Below are positions 37,384 through 46,522 of a stretch of 64,000 bases of DNA, in pieces. The stretch covers positions 52,910 to 116,909 of the forward strand of contig CAZAXL010000001.1 in the NCBI GenBank assembly GCA_964489145.1. The letters run 5' to 3'. Within the stretch, counting starts at the first letter, position 1. Every line of letters begins with the position of its first letter. This stretch comes from an uncultured Gammaproteobacteria bacterium. Lineage in GTDB: Bacteria > Patescibacteriota > Microgenomatia > UBA8517. Both the position numbers and the translations under genes were made by a program. Below the pieces are notes generated by a model. The model searched no databases and was not told the DNA's origin. It saw only the letters and a program-made list of their open reading frames with translations.

Positions 37384-37420
37384 TCTTTTAGGCTACCACA
37401 TATGTATAATTGGTATCAAT

Positions 37421-38458
37421 ATGCTGCCAAAAATTAAATTTTCAAAAGATGGTGTTCTATTTGGCGCGGCTCTCATTGCGATTTTTTTTCTGGTCTTCGG
37501 CATCACTTATCTTAGTTTAAAAATATCCAATGTGTTTGTTAAAAAGGATTTAAATCCGACTACCAATTTATATACGAACACGGCCCCGGAGCCAATTGAT
37601 GCCACCAAAGGAGTTTTTAATATCCTTCTGCTTGGCTACGGCGGCAGTGGCCACTCAGGAGGAGGCCTTACCGACAGTTTAATTGTCTTTCACATCGATA
37701 CCAACACAAAAAAATACGCGCTCATCTCCATACCCAGGGATTTATGGACACAGGCAAACCGCAAGATAAACGCCGAGGCTTCGGTAAATGGCTTTCAAAG
37801 CGTTGGGCCTGCGCTTCAAGCTATAACCGGCCTTCCGATTGAGAACTTTATTTCGGTGGATTTTACAAATTACTCCAAAATTATCAACAACCTCGGAGGT
37901 ATTAGTGTCGAAGTCCCGAATGCATTTACAGACTCCTTTTATCCAATTCCCGGTCTTGAAAATGAGACTTGCGGCTTTACCGAAAACGAAATCAATGAAT
38001 TTAAAGCAAAATATTCCGGGTTTGAGCTGGAAAAACAATTTACATGCCGCTATGAAAAAATTAGCTACAATCAGGGCCCTGCGGTTCTTACAGGGAGCGA
38101 GGCTCTAAAATTCGTCCGCTCGCGCCACGGTGACAGCGATTTCGGCAGAAGCAAACGGCAATTTGCAGTTATTGCCGGCATCGCCAAAAAATTAATATCT
38201 CTCAAGTCAGTTGGAAAACTTGATTCGACAATCGATGCTTTATCAAACATGATCAAAACCGATTTGACTATGGGGAAAATTAAAAGTTTGATTGAAATAT
38301 TTGGAGACCTGACCCCTTACTCAAAAACAGAAGTTCAATTAACAACGGATAACGTTTTAAATGAAAGCAAAAGTAGCGACGGACAATATATTCTGATCCC
38401 CAAAGCCGGAATGTTTAATTTTACGGATATTAAAAGCTACATTTCCCAAAACATTTAA
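37421..38458 (+). CDS. LytR-CpsA-Psr (LCP) family glycopolymer transferase
   Basis: TM helix, NILLLG, TDS, SIPRD, KINA and FVRSRHGDSDFGRSKRQ. Start moved to MLPKIK. Confidence 0.92.
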   Translation: MLPKIKFSKDGVLFGAALIAIFFLVFGITYLSLKISNVFVKKDLNPTTNLYTNTAPEPIDATKGVFNILLLGYGGSGHSGGGLTDSLIVFHIDTNTKKYALISIPRDLWTQANRKINAEASVNGFQSVGPALQAITGLPIENFISVDFTNYSKIINNLGGISVEVPNAFTDSFYPIPGLENETCGFTENEINEFKAKYSGFELEKQFTCRYEKISYNQGPAVLTGSEALKFVRSRHGDSDFGRSKRQFAVIAGIAKKLISLKSVGKLDSTIDALSNMIKTDLTMGKIKSLIEIFGDLTPYSKTEVQLTTDNVLNESKSSDGQYILIPKAGMFNFTDIKSYISQNI

Positions 38459-39291
38459 TCGTTAAGCATGTAAACATCCTGCCGGGTATCACTTACTCCC
38501 ACAAACTCTCCTTCACCTTTAAGTATTTTTTCAAAAGGTCTGCAGGCAAAACATCCACCCGTAGGGCATTTGAAATGGTTGATTTTGCGGGCCAGCTGAA
38601 TTCTTTTTGCAATCTTATAAACTCTTTCGTAGGCCTCGCGTGCCTCGGGGAGCTTTTTTTCAACAATGCCGTCGTCCCTGTCCAAATACCAATAGGCTGC
38701 CCCATCTACTTTTTTGCTTTGAGTGTTGGTGGCTACCAAAAGATATATCGGCAGTTGCAGGCTGTCTTCTTTTTCTTCATTCTTGCCGGTTTTAAAATCA
38801 ATGATTTGCACCGAATCATCCGTCTGGTTATATTTTAGCCAATCGATTTTGCCGCCAAGGATAATCCCGTCATCCTGGTTGAGCCAAAAGTGAGGCAGGT
38901 TCATTTTTGATTTTATTTTTATTGCTTTTTCCAAAATGGGACCGGGGTTTTCCTGAAGATTAATTAGCATTTGTACTCCCCGCTGCTTGTATTCTATCTC
39001 CTCTTTATGATTTTTAAACCCACCCCTTTTACCGGTAATCTTCAACCAAACAGGGTCAAGCTTTTTGACAAGCGATATTTTCAAGCGCTCTTCTACCGGA
39101 AGAATTGCCAAAGATTCTATAACTTCATGCACCGCTTGTCCGAGTGCTAAAGGTGGTGTGACTATGGTCATCTTATGCCCTGTTCTTGGATTTTTATAAA
39201 CGTTTCTCAGGTAATACGCTCTCGGACACTTGAGGAAATCCGATATTGAAGAGTGGGAAACCCATGTCGCCGAATATTCATCAATGGCCAT
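38455..39291 (-). CDS. PD-(D/E)XK nuclease (RecB/AddB-like) with a probable Fe-S staple
   Basis: SHSSI..F.KCP, GKIDW, IIDFKTG, QLPIY and C-terminal CPTGGCFAC. Confidence 0.85.
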   Translation of the reverse strand: MAIDEYSATWVSHSSISDFLKCPRAYYLRNVYKNPRTGHKMTIVTPPLALGQAVHEVIESLAILPVEERLKISLVKKLDPVWLKITGKRGGFKNHKEEIEYKQRGVQMLINLQENPGPILEKAIKIKSKMNLPHFWLNQDDGIILGGKIDWLKYNQTDDSVQIIDFKTGKNEEKEDSLQLPIYLLVATNTQSKKVDGAAYWYLDRDDGIVEKKLPEAREAYERVYKIAKRIQLARKINHFKCPTGGCFACRPFEKILKGEGEFVGVSDTRQDVYMLND

Positions 39292-39310
39292 GGCTAATTA
39301 TACAGCAATT

Positions 39311-39772
39311 TTAGCGTGTAATGAGTTTACCCGAAACCGAGTTCCAACATCCCGGAATCATGCTTTTCGGAAAATCAGGGTAGCCGGAAATATTTTTACA
39401 ATCGATTTGCCCGTTTCCGTCCCAAACAAGCTTCCACTCTGTTCCTGTTTTGGCGGCAAACCATCCGCCGCCTCCGCCCTGCTCCGAAACTGTTCCTCCG
39501 GCATAATTTCCTTCAATTTTGGAAACACTCACACTTAAGGACGCCGCAGCCGACCCGTACTTTGCAACAAGAGCTTCCTTAACTGCAAGAGTCAAAGCTT
39601 CGGTTTCGTCAACCGGTGCCGGTGAAGGAGATAGAGCATCTGTTATAGCCACTTCGGTAGAGGTAACTGAAACTCCGCTCGGACTAACGAAGCTGGGCAA
39701 ACCCTTATAATAAATTGTCGCCCCGAGAAAGACTATAACAGCAGTAACAAAAGCTGTACTAAAGTATTTCAT
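39311..39772 (-). CDS. Exported or membrane-anchored hypothetical protein
   Basis: N-terminal hydrophobic helix, S/P/T-rich linker and a small domain with two Cys. Confidence 0.75.
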   Translation of the reverse strand: MKYFSTAFVTAVIVFLGATIYYKGLPSFVSPSGVSVTSTEVAITDALSPSPAPVDETEALTLAVKEALVAKYGSAAASLSVSVSKIEGNYAGGTVSEQGGGGGWFAAKTGTEWKLVWDGNGQIDCKNISGYPDFPKSMIPGCWNSVSGKLITR

Positions 39773-39803
39773 ACAAAATATTTCACTTCAAATAATTATA
39801 CCA

Positions 39804-40631
39804 TCATCCCTTACGGCGAATACTATTGTCTGGTTTTTTGATAAAAAACAGCAAAACCCCCAAGATCAGTGAGGAAATACCAAACCAAATCCAGACTTGA
39901 GTAACGTTTTGAATTATCGGAGGGGCGGTAATGGCAACAAGCGAAGTGCCCACATTGGCGCTTCCCGCAAAATTTTCCGTAAAACTTTTTACTATAAAAT
40001 CCGCCAGGAAATTCACGGCAAGCACACAAATCCCCGATAAAGTTAACTCTATCCCCATCGTAGTTAGGCGTTTCCCGGTTCCGGTAAGAAGATATGTCAG
40101 TACCAAAACTAAAGCCAGAAGCGATGATGACCCGATTACAAAGAGCCAAGACCAAGTTCCAAATTTTGAAACTATTTGGACATTTTCTTCATCAATTCCC
40201 GTTATGTTAAATTTTTTCAAAAAGTCGTTCAAAGTCATCTTCTCCGAAAAGTTACCCAGGTCTTCCGCCTTTACACCCCGAAGGATACTGTCGGTGGAAA
40301 ACGGTGTAAACACAACAATTTCGGAAGATTTCCCGTTGGCGTACAGCAATATGCTTTTGATATTCTCTTCAAAAAATATCTTTAATATGTTTGGAGAAAT
40401 TAAGCTGGAAAGAACTGCAACATCGCTGCCTTTTCCTCCTCCGGCTACCACTTTATCAAGAAGCCGACTGCTCAAGGATGTTGAAATCTGAGTATAGACG
40501 TCAGCCTTTTCAAAAGTTCCTATCCAAAAGTCGGATGATAAAAATTGGAGCCTGACATTTATCGACAAAACACACAGGACAAGAATGGGAACCGACAGTA
40601 TAATCAATAGTATTTTCGATACAAACTTCAT
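39804..40631 (-). CDS. Membrane protein, function unknown
   Basis: One N-terminal and three C-terminal TM helices. Confidence 0.75.
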   Translation of the reverse strand: MKFVSKILLIILSVPILVLCVLSINVRLQFLSSDFWIGTFEKADVYTQISTSLSSRLLDKVVAGGGKGSDVAVLSSLISPNILKIFFEENIKSILLYANGKSSEIVVFTPFSTDSILRGVKAEDLGNFSEKMTLNDFLKKFNITGIDEENVQIVSKFGTWSWLFVIGSSSLLALVLVLTYLLTGTGKRLTTMGIELTLSGICVLAVNFLADFIVKSFTENFAGSANVGTSLVAITAPPIIQNVTQVWIWFGISSLILGVLLFFIKKPDNSIRRKG

Positions 40632-40709
40632 GCCGGTTTAGTATACAATGTATTGAAGGGTCCTTCGACTGGTGCACAGGATTCTTTCTCAGGAAAGAGG
40701 GTGATAAAA

Positions 40710-41093
40710 ATGGCAGGATACAAAGGAAGTCTCGAAAAAGACGCTTTAGAAAATACTCACTTTAGGCATGTAATCTACACTGCGCCGCATTCACAGTTGG
40801 TATTAATGAGTCTTAAGCCCGGAGAGGAAATCGGAATGGAAGTCCACTCGGATAATGATCAATTTTTGAGATTTGAGGAGGGTGAATGGATGGCAGAAAT
40901 TTCCGGTGAAAAATTTACAGGAGAGGCGGGAGATTGCGTAATAATACCGGCGGGTAACTACCACAATGTGGTCAATACTTCCCAGGAAAAGGAATTGAAG
41001 CTGTATACGATTTATTCCCCCGCACATCATCCGGACGGAACTGTTCATGACACTAAAGAGGATGCCATGCGCGCTGAAAAAGCCGAGAAGTGA
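40710..41093 (+). CDS. Cupin domain protein
   Basis: QLVLMSLKPGEEIGMEVH, DQF, IPAGNYHNV and LYTIYSPAHH; SD-like GAGGGTGA precedes the ATG at 40710. Confidence 0.9.
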   Translation: MAGYKGSLEKDALENTHFRHVIYTAPHSQLVLMSLKPGEEIGMEVHSDNDQFLRFEEGEWMAEISGEKFTGEAGDCVIIPAGNYHNVVNTSQEKELKLYTIYSPAHHPDGTVHDTKEDAMRAEKAEK

Positions 41094-41103
41094 TGGTTAA
41101 AAC

Positions 41104-41724
41104 TTAAAATAAACTCCCTTGGGTTTTTGATGTGTCTTGTTGTGGGTAGGAAAAGTCCAGTGTTACTTCATGCGTTTCATTCCAAAAGTCGATATATTTT
41201 AAAACTTTATTCCTCAATGCGTGGTCATAAATATCGCGGGTTATAGCCACATCCATTTCGCAGTATTTTTTAAGCTTGGCTAAGCTTTCACTAGTTCTCT
41301 GGTTCCAATACTTGATAGCATTTTCACCGCTGTCGTTTTTCTTTGTCCCCAAAGTCGCTTTAGCCAATGAGTCCAGCGACATTCTTTTACCCTCAATCCT
41401 TTTTATCTCGGAGAGAATATCAAAATGTTTTAGTTTCGGCCAATGGGGCGGAAGGTAGGGTGAAAGTGCCGGAATATCGAAGCTTATCGAATTGAATCCT
41501 ATTATTCTGTCGGCCTTTTCAAACAACTTGAACATTTCTCCAAAATCCTTTTCCCAGAAGCTTTGCATTTTTCCCTCAACTTCTTTCAAATTCTCATCGA
41601 GAGTTCTTGAATAGACCGAAGTTATTGACACGCCGAGTTTGCTTGGATCATCCCCTTCAATATCCCCGAAAAATTTCTTTGTCTCGGTATCAAAAATTAC
41701 CTCAAAATAATTCATGGGCAACAA
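41104..41724 (-). CDS. DEDD-type 3'-5' exonuclease / RNase H-like domain protein
   Basis: FDTET (ExoI), GFN..FD (ExoII) and YCEMDV (ExoIII). Confidence 0.85.
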   Translation of the reverse strand: MLPMNYFEVIFDTETKKFFGDIEGDDPSKLGVSITSVYSRTLDENLKEVEGKMQSFWEKDFGEMFKLFEKADRIIGFNSISFDIPALSPYLPPHWPKLKHFDILSEIKRIEGKRMSLDSLAKATLGTKKNDSGENAIKYWNQRTSESLAKLKKYCEMDVAITRDIYDHALRNKVLKYIDFWNETHEVTLDFSYPQQDTSKTQGSLF

Positions 41725-41751
41725 ATATTCTACCTCAAAGCTGAAGTTTTA

Positions 41752-42519
41752 TCACCTCTTTTTAAACACAAAGCTGAAGATAAAAAAGGAAATTGCGGTA
41801 AGAACTATCGTGGGGCCGGAGGGGAATTTGAAATATGAGGCAATCAGGATTCCGGCAGCTGTTGCCAGAGTTCCCAAAACTACAGAAAGGATTTGGTATG
41901 CCTTGATGTTTCCGGCAATGTTTTTGGCGGTAACTGCAGGGATTATCACCATGGCTCCCGTCAAAAGGGTTCCCAAAAACTTAACTCCTAAAGCAACAAC
42001 ACCGCAAACCAAAAGCAAGTAAATTAAGTCTATTTTTGACGTTTTTATCTTTTGGGACTTGGCCAAATCCTTTGAAACAACCATCAAAAGAAGCTTTTTG
42101 GAAATTGTCATCGTGACCGCAAAAATTGCCACAGCACCGATCAGGGTAAATATTCCGTCTATCGGGCCGATTTTGTCTATATCTCCGAAAAGAGCTTCCA
42201 AAAGCTCCACCTCGGGAGTAATCAAAATTCCGGCTGCCAAGGAGGCCGTAAAAAATATTCCCACCAGGGCTTCCGGATAAATTTCCGAATGATCACTAAG
42301 GTACCAAATGCCGACAGCTGCCAGGGCAAGCGCAAGAAGGGCTCCCAGCATGGGATTGACCCCTATTGCCAGGGCAATCGCAATTCCGGGCAGTGCCACA
42401 TGGGAAAGAGCATCTCCAACAAGAGACATTCTTCTTAAAACCATAAAGCTTCCAAGATATCCCGAAACCGCTCCGGAAAGGGCACCGACTGCCAGGAGTA
42501 GTAGTAAGTTAGTGGTCAT
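41752..42519 (-). CDS. Metal (Zn/Mn) ABC transporter permease
   Basis: RRMSLVGDALSHVALPGIA, LFGD and PSGPTIV. Start moved to MTTNL. Confidence 0.92.
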   Translation of the reverse strand: MTTNLLLLLAVGALSGAVSGYLGSFMVLRRMSLVGDALSHVALPGIAIALAIGVNPMLGALLALALAAVGIWYLSDHSEIYPEALVGIFFTASLAAGILITPEVELLEALFGDIDKIGPIDGIFTLIGAVAIFAVTMTISKKLLLMVVSKDLAKSQKIKTSKIDLIYLLLVCGVVALGVKFLGTLLTGAMVIIPAVTAKNIAGNIKAYQILSVVLGTLATAAGILIASYFKFPSGPTIVLTAISFFIFSFVFKKR

Positions 42520-43225
42520 GATGATGGTATATATGAGTTTCCTCTCCGTACATTTTTTCCAGACTTTCTTTATCAATTGCTGTCTTTGGCGGACCAAAAC
42601 AAACTTTTTCCTTATTAAGACAAAGGACCGAGTCGGCATATTTATTTACAACTTCCAATTCGTGGGAAATAAAAATAATTGTCAGGTCTTTGTCTGCTTT
42701 TAGTTTATGAATAAGCCCATATACAGTTTCTTCGCCCGCTATATCAACCCCGGCGGTTGGTTCGTCAAAAAGCAAGACATTAGGCTTTCCGAGAAGTGCA
42801 TAGGCGATGAGAACTCTTTGTAATTCCCCTCCTGACAGGTTTCCCATACGGGTTTTTAGAACTCTTGTGTCATTGTGAATATGGTTCGCTTCTTTCAAAA
42901 AGCCAACCGCCCCCATTACCTCAAGGATTTTAGTCCTACTTTTCTCTTTAAAACTCAAAAATTCGTATACGGTTAACGGCAACTCCTTATCAACAGCCAG
43001 TTTTTGGGGAACATACCCGATTCGGGTATCTTCACTCCAAGAAACCGTGCCTTTGTAAGGAATCAGATTCAGGAGCGATCTGAAAAGAACCGATTTTCCC
43101 GCGCCGTTTGGTCCGATTATTGCCATGGTTGAATCGCGTCTGACTGCAAAACTTATGTCATCAAGCACAGTATGATTGTCAAATTCAACGCTTAATCCGG
43201 AAACTGTCAAAATATCTTCCTGCAT
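42509..43225 (-). CDS. Metal (Zn/Mn) ABC transporter ATPase
   Basis: GPNGAGKS, GYVPQ, LSGGELQR, DEPTAGVD and a His-rich C-terminus (HIYHHHDH). Confidence 0.93.
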   Translation of the reverse strand: MQEDILTVSGLSVEFDNHTVLDDISFAVRRDSTMAIIGPNGAGKSVLFRSLLNLIPYKGTVSWSEDTRIGYVPQKLAVDKELPLTVYEFLSFKEKSRTKILEVMGAVGFLKEANHIHNDTRVLKTRMGNLSGGELQRVLIAYALLGKPNVLLFDEPTAGVDIAGEETVYGLIHKLKADKDLTIIFISHELEVVNKYADSVLCLNKEKVCFGPPKTAIDKESLEKMYGEETHIYHHHDH

Positions 43226-43228
43226 AAT

Positions 43229-43774
43229 TTATTCTAACATTATCTTTCCAACTCTTATCGAATAGATTTGTCTTTCCAGCACTTCTTCTAGTTTTTCATC
43301 AGGGAGAGGCAATTTCATATCTTTCGGCCAATAACCAAGTAATTTTAACAAATTAACAACAAACTCCATTCTCAGCTCCTTAAGTTTTTTTGCGGTTTTT
43401 AGCTTCTCCATGGAAATCGCAAGGAGAGAGTACACTTCGGGGTTTGCCTCGCCTTCATGAATGGCTTTTCCCAAAACTTCCACAAAATAATATGCCAGAG
43501 AAACTTTCTTTATTGATTGCCTGATACTTTCATAATCATCAATTGCTTCGACCTCGGTTATAATTCCAAGGCCTCTGCCCGAGACAGCTTGAAACCGAAT
43601 CCTGGTGAAAATTTCCAGGTGTCCCCTTTTACGGCTCTTCGGACGCCTTATTCCTTTGGCAAGAAGCGATAATTTACCTTTATCTTCAGAGTAAACAACA
43701 AGAATTCTGTCGGCTTCCCCATAATTCTTTCTCCCCAGTATTATTCCTTCCGACGTGTAGCTTCTGGGTATCAT
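43229..43774 (-). CDS. recO: DNA repair protein RecO
   Basis: EGIIL..NYGEADRI, GK..LAKGIRRPKSR and LLKLLGY. Confidence 0.9.
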   Translation of the reverse strand: MIPRSYTSEGIILGRKNYGEADRILVVYSEDKGKLSLLAKGIRRPKSRKRGHLEIFTRIRFQAVSGRGLGIITEVEAIDDYESIRQSIKKVSLAYYFVEVLGKAIHEGEANPEVYSLLAISMEKLKTAKKLKELRMEFVVNLLKLLGYWPKDMKLPLPDEKLEEVLERQIYSIRVGKIMLE

Positions 43775-43833
43775 TGTGCGATATGTCGTGGAGGCATTCT
43801 ACAATCTACAAGAATTAATCTACAATTGATTGG

Positions 43834-43860
43834 ATTTTTTACAGTTGTACCGTAAAAAAT
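43834..43860. terminator. AT-rich hairpin directly after the DUF4012-like gene
   Basis: ATTTTTTAC-9 nt-GTAAAAAAT is a perfect 9-bp inverted repeat, but the stem is weak. Confidence 0.35.
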
Positions 43861-45848
43861 CATAATCCAATTTTTATCTCCTTGTCGGTTGTCAGCTTAA
43901 ATTCCTCGGAATGCTTGCCAAGGTTCACTGTATACAAAAATCCGTCTGTACCCGGCTGTTTCTGTAAAAAGAGTTTATATTCTTTGCCGACTTTGAAAGG
44001 CAGCTTATATTTAAATGTGACTTTGGCAACCCCCTCAGGACGAAGCTGGAAAAAACCCGCGAATACTGTTTTTCCCAAATCTTCATAGGGTTCTGCCGTT
44101 GACTCCAATCCCTCAGCGGCAATAAGCTCGCTCCCTTTGGGAACATAAACTCTTACCCAGGTGGGCAGAACCGAGTTCAGCCAGCCGTCCTGTTTTTCGG
44201 GATTTTGGTATGTTATTGTGACCGTTTTTGTCACACTTCCGTCCCCGGCGACTTGAATATCCTGTTCGACATTTTCATAAGCATAAAGGTTGGATTTTCT
44301 ACCTCCAAGGTTTGCATCATTTATATGCAAATAGTCTCCGTCATAATTTTTTATCGTTCCGCTCAATCCAAAATCTGCAACGGCTTTTTGGACATTGTCA
44401 TCCAATAAATAGAAAAGGACATGCTTTTCCATTAAAGATTTAAATCCTGCCTGCAGGAGACCCGGGATTTTGTCCTTTGGCTGACCCATGGAGTTTGCCA
44501 AAATCGAATTCATTAAGGGCCCTATTATTTTCTTTCTGTTGTCGGAGTTCGGAGGCCTCTGAATAATTTTTCCGGTTATGGGATCCCAAATGACAGGGCC
44601 CTCGACATCGGCAAAGGCTTCGAGTTCGTGAATCACCTGGGCACAATTACATTCGGGGGACACCTCCGTACTGAAATTTCCGAACCCTGGTACCCCGATC
44701 GGCCCTATGACGTCCAGTATATTTACCAAAATTTGTGTGTCAACCGCAATTACGCCGTCAATGTCTCCCACCCCGGCCTTCTCGGCCGCGGGAACCACAA
44801 TTTTCATGCTTTCGACAAAGTCCGGCGACCAGTTCATATCCCTCAATCTCCATTTCTTCGACAAAATGTAAGGCCCTTTTATGTATTTAATGATCGGGTT
44901 AGGTGCGTCTACGGAAGATTTATAAACCGCATCAAGAGCATAAATATCATTGCTTGTGACAGTGCTCACCTTTGCCTTATCGACTTTCAAGATAGCATAA
45001 GCCGTCATAAACCCTCCGGTGGGCCTCAATTCCTTGTCATTTTGAAACAAGAGAAGATAGGTTCTTGGAGAGTCCATACCCAAAAGATACTGGGCAGACT
45101 CCAGGAAAGGCTTTCCGTTAACCAGAAATGTCGATGTTTCATTTACCGTGTCTACAATACTTTTAATTTGCGCCCTGACGGCTTTTCCCTGGACTTTCTC
45201 GGGATACCTGTTCGGGTTTATTTGTGAGATTTCGCCCTGAACCGTTTTCATTTTTCCTGAAATTGTATCGATTTGGGGAATGAGATCCGGAATTGTCTTG
45301 GCAATAAAGTCAATTCTATCCTCAGCGGTCTCTTCTCCTGTTTTTGCCCCCAAAACATTCTGGCCGCCGGCAAAGCCAAGCAAATCCGCATATGGTTCAA
45401 TTACCGTTAGAAGTGATTCCCCGACATCAAGTCCTGCCTGTCCCGCAGCAATCGCATGGCTTCCGTCGGCAATGTAGGCACCGATAAACGGTAAAAATTT
45501 TTCCCAGGCTACCAGTTTATATGTACCCGAAACGCTATTTAATAATTTTTTCGTGTTGCCCACTTCCGCCTTTATCTTCGCAAGATCCTGCGATTTGGCT
45601 GCTTGAGACAAAGTTTTGGCACCATTTACCAGTTTGGTTGTTTTTTGATAAATCAGAAGTCCCGATATAACATTGTAAACTAAGAGGACTGCGGCTGCCA
45701 ATAGGATCCATAGGGTTATTTTTACCCACACTTTCCTGGGCTTTACGGGATTTATTATTTCTTTAGCCTGTTTCTCCGGAGCAGGTTTTTGCACTATGTC
45801 ATTTTCGGCGACATTGATTTTCGGAACCAATATCGAGTCATTTTCCAT
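43860..45848 (-). CDS. DUF4012-like membrane-anchored protein
   Basis: TM helix, YLLLFQNDKELRPTGGF, RDMNWSPDF, DGVIAVD, NLGGRKSN and QKQPG. Confidence 0.8.
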   Translation of the reverse strand: MENDSILVPKINVAENDIVQKPAPEKQAKEIINPVKPRKVWVKITLWILLAAAVLLVYNVISGLLIYQKTTKLVNGAKTLSQAAKSQDLAKIKAEVGNTKKLLNSVSGTYKLVAWEKFLPFIGAYIADGSHAIAAGQAGLDVGESLLTVIEPYADLLGFAGGQNVLGAKTGEETAEDRIDFIAKTIPDLIPQIDTISGKMKTVQGEISQINPNRYPEKVQGKAVRAQIKSIVDTVNETSTFLVNGKPFLESAQYLLGMDSPRTYLLLFQNDKELRPTGGFMTAYAILKVDKAKVSTVTSNDIYALDAVYKSSVDAPNPIIKYIKGPYILSKKWRLRDMNWSPDFVESMKIVVPAAEKAGVGDIDGVIAVDTQILVNILDVIGPIGVPGFGNFSTEVSPECNCAQVIHELEAFADVEGPVIWDPITGKIIQRPPNSDNRKKIIGPLMNSILANSMGQPKDKIPGLLQAGFKSLMEKHVLFYLLDDNVQKAVADFGLSGTIKNYDGDYLHINDANLGGRKSNLYAYENVEQDIQVAGDGSVTKTVTITYQNPEKQDGWLNSVLPTWVRVYVPKGSELIAAEGLESTAEPYEDLGKTVFAGFFQLRPEGVAKVTFKYKLPFKVGKEYKLFLQKQPGTDGFLYTVNLGKHSEEFKLTTDKEIKIGL

Positions 45849-45867
45849 GCATTAATAATACAACAAA

Positions 45868-46518
45868 TCAGACGGCTCCGACACCGCTAATCATTGCGAT
45901 TGGGGTTCTCAGGATAATGGCCAAGTCCATTAAGAGTGATTTCTTTCTGGCATAGTCCGCATCCATTTTTATTCTCTTGTCGAAATTGATATTGCTTCTC
46001 CCGGTTACCTGCCAAAAGCCGGTGATGCCCGGTTTTACCGTTTGAGTCTCTTTTACGTACGGCTCCGTCCCGGGATATCTTTTTTGCTGCTCGGCAAGCT
46101 CATCGGCATGATACGGACGGGGTCCTACTATACTCATCTCACCCTTTAAAACATTTAAAAATTGGGGCATTTCATCGATGGAATATTTTCTGATAAATTT
46201 TCCGAACCTGGTCACGCGTGGGTCCTCATGAAGTTTAAAACTGGACTTTTTATATTCGCTGTAAAGTTTTTTGAATCTGGGATCTTTTGTTAAAAGATAA
46301 TCGGCATTAACTGCCATCGAACGGAATTTGTAAAGCCTGAAAATTCTTCCCCCCCTGCCAATTCTTTTCATATGAATATTTGATTTTTCAACCAGGATAG
46401 GCCCGGAAGAAGTTAGTTTGATTACAAGAGCGGTAACAAGCATTAATGGAGAAAAAAGAACCAAAAGAAATATTGATAAGACAATATCCATACCTCTTTT
46501 AACAATTTCGTATAACAT
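45868..46518 (-). CDS. Initiating polyprenyl-phosphate sugar phosphotransferase (WbaP/WcaJ catalytic-domain type)
   Basis: KRGMDI, YKFRSM, DPRVT, SIDEMPQ, GEMSIVGPRP and KPGITGFWQV. Confidence 0.94.
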   Translation of the reverse strand: MLYEIVKRGMDIVLSIFLLVLFSPLMLVTALVIKLTSSGPILVEKSNIHMKRIGRGGRIFRLYKFRSMAVNADYLLTKDPRFKKLYSEYKKSSFKLHEDPRVTRFGKFIRKYSIDEMPQFLNVLKGEMSIVGPRPYHADELAEQQKRYPGTEPYVKETQTVKPGITGFWQVTGRSNINFDKRIKMDADYARKKSLLMDLAIILRTPIAMISGVGAV

Positions 46519-46522
46519 ATTT

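Noticed and set aside
38455-39291. Calling the nuclease Cas4 or part of a CRISPR system
   Set aside because: No repeat-spacer array and no other cas gene were seen in the window.
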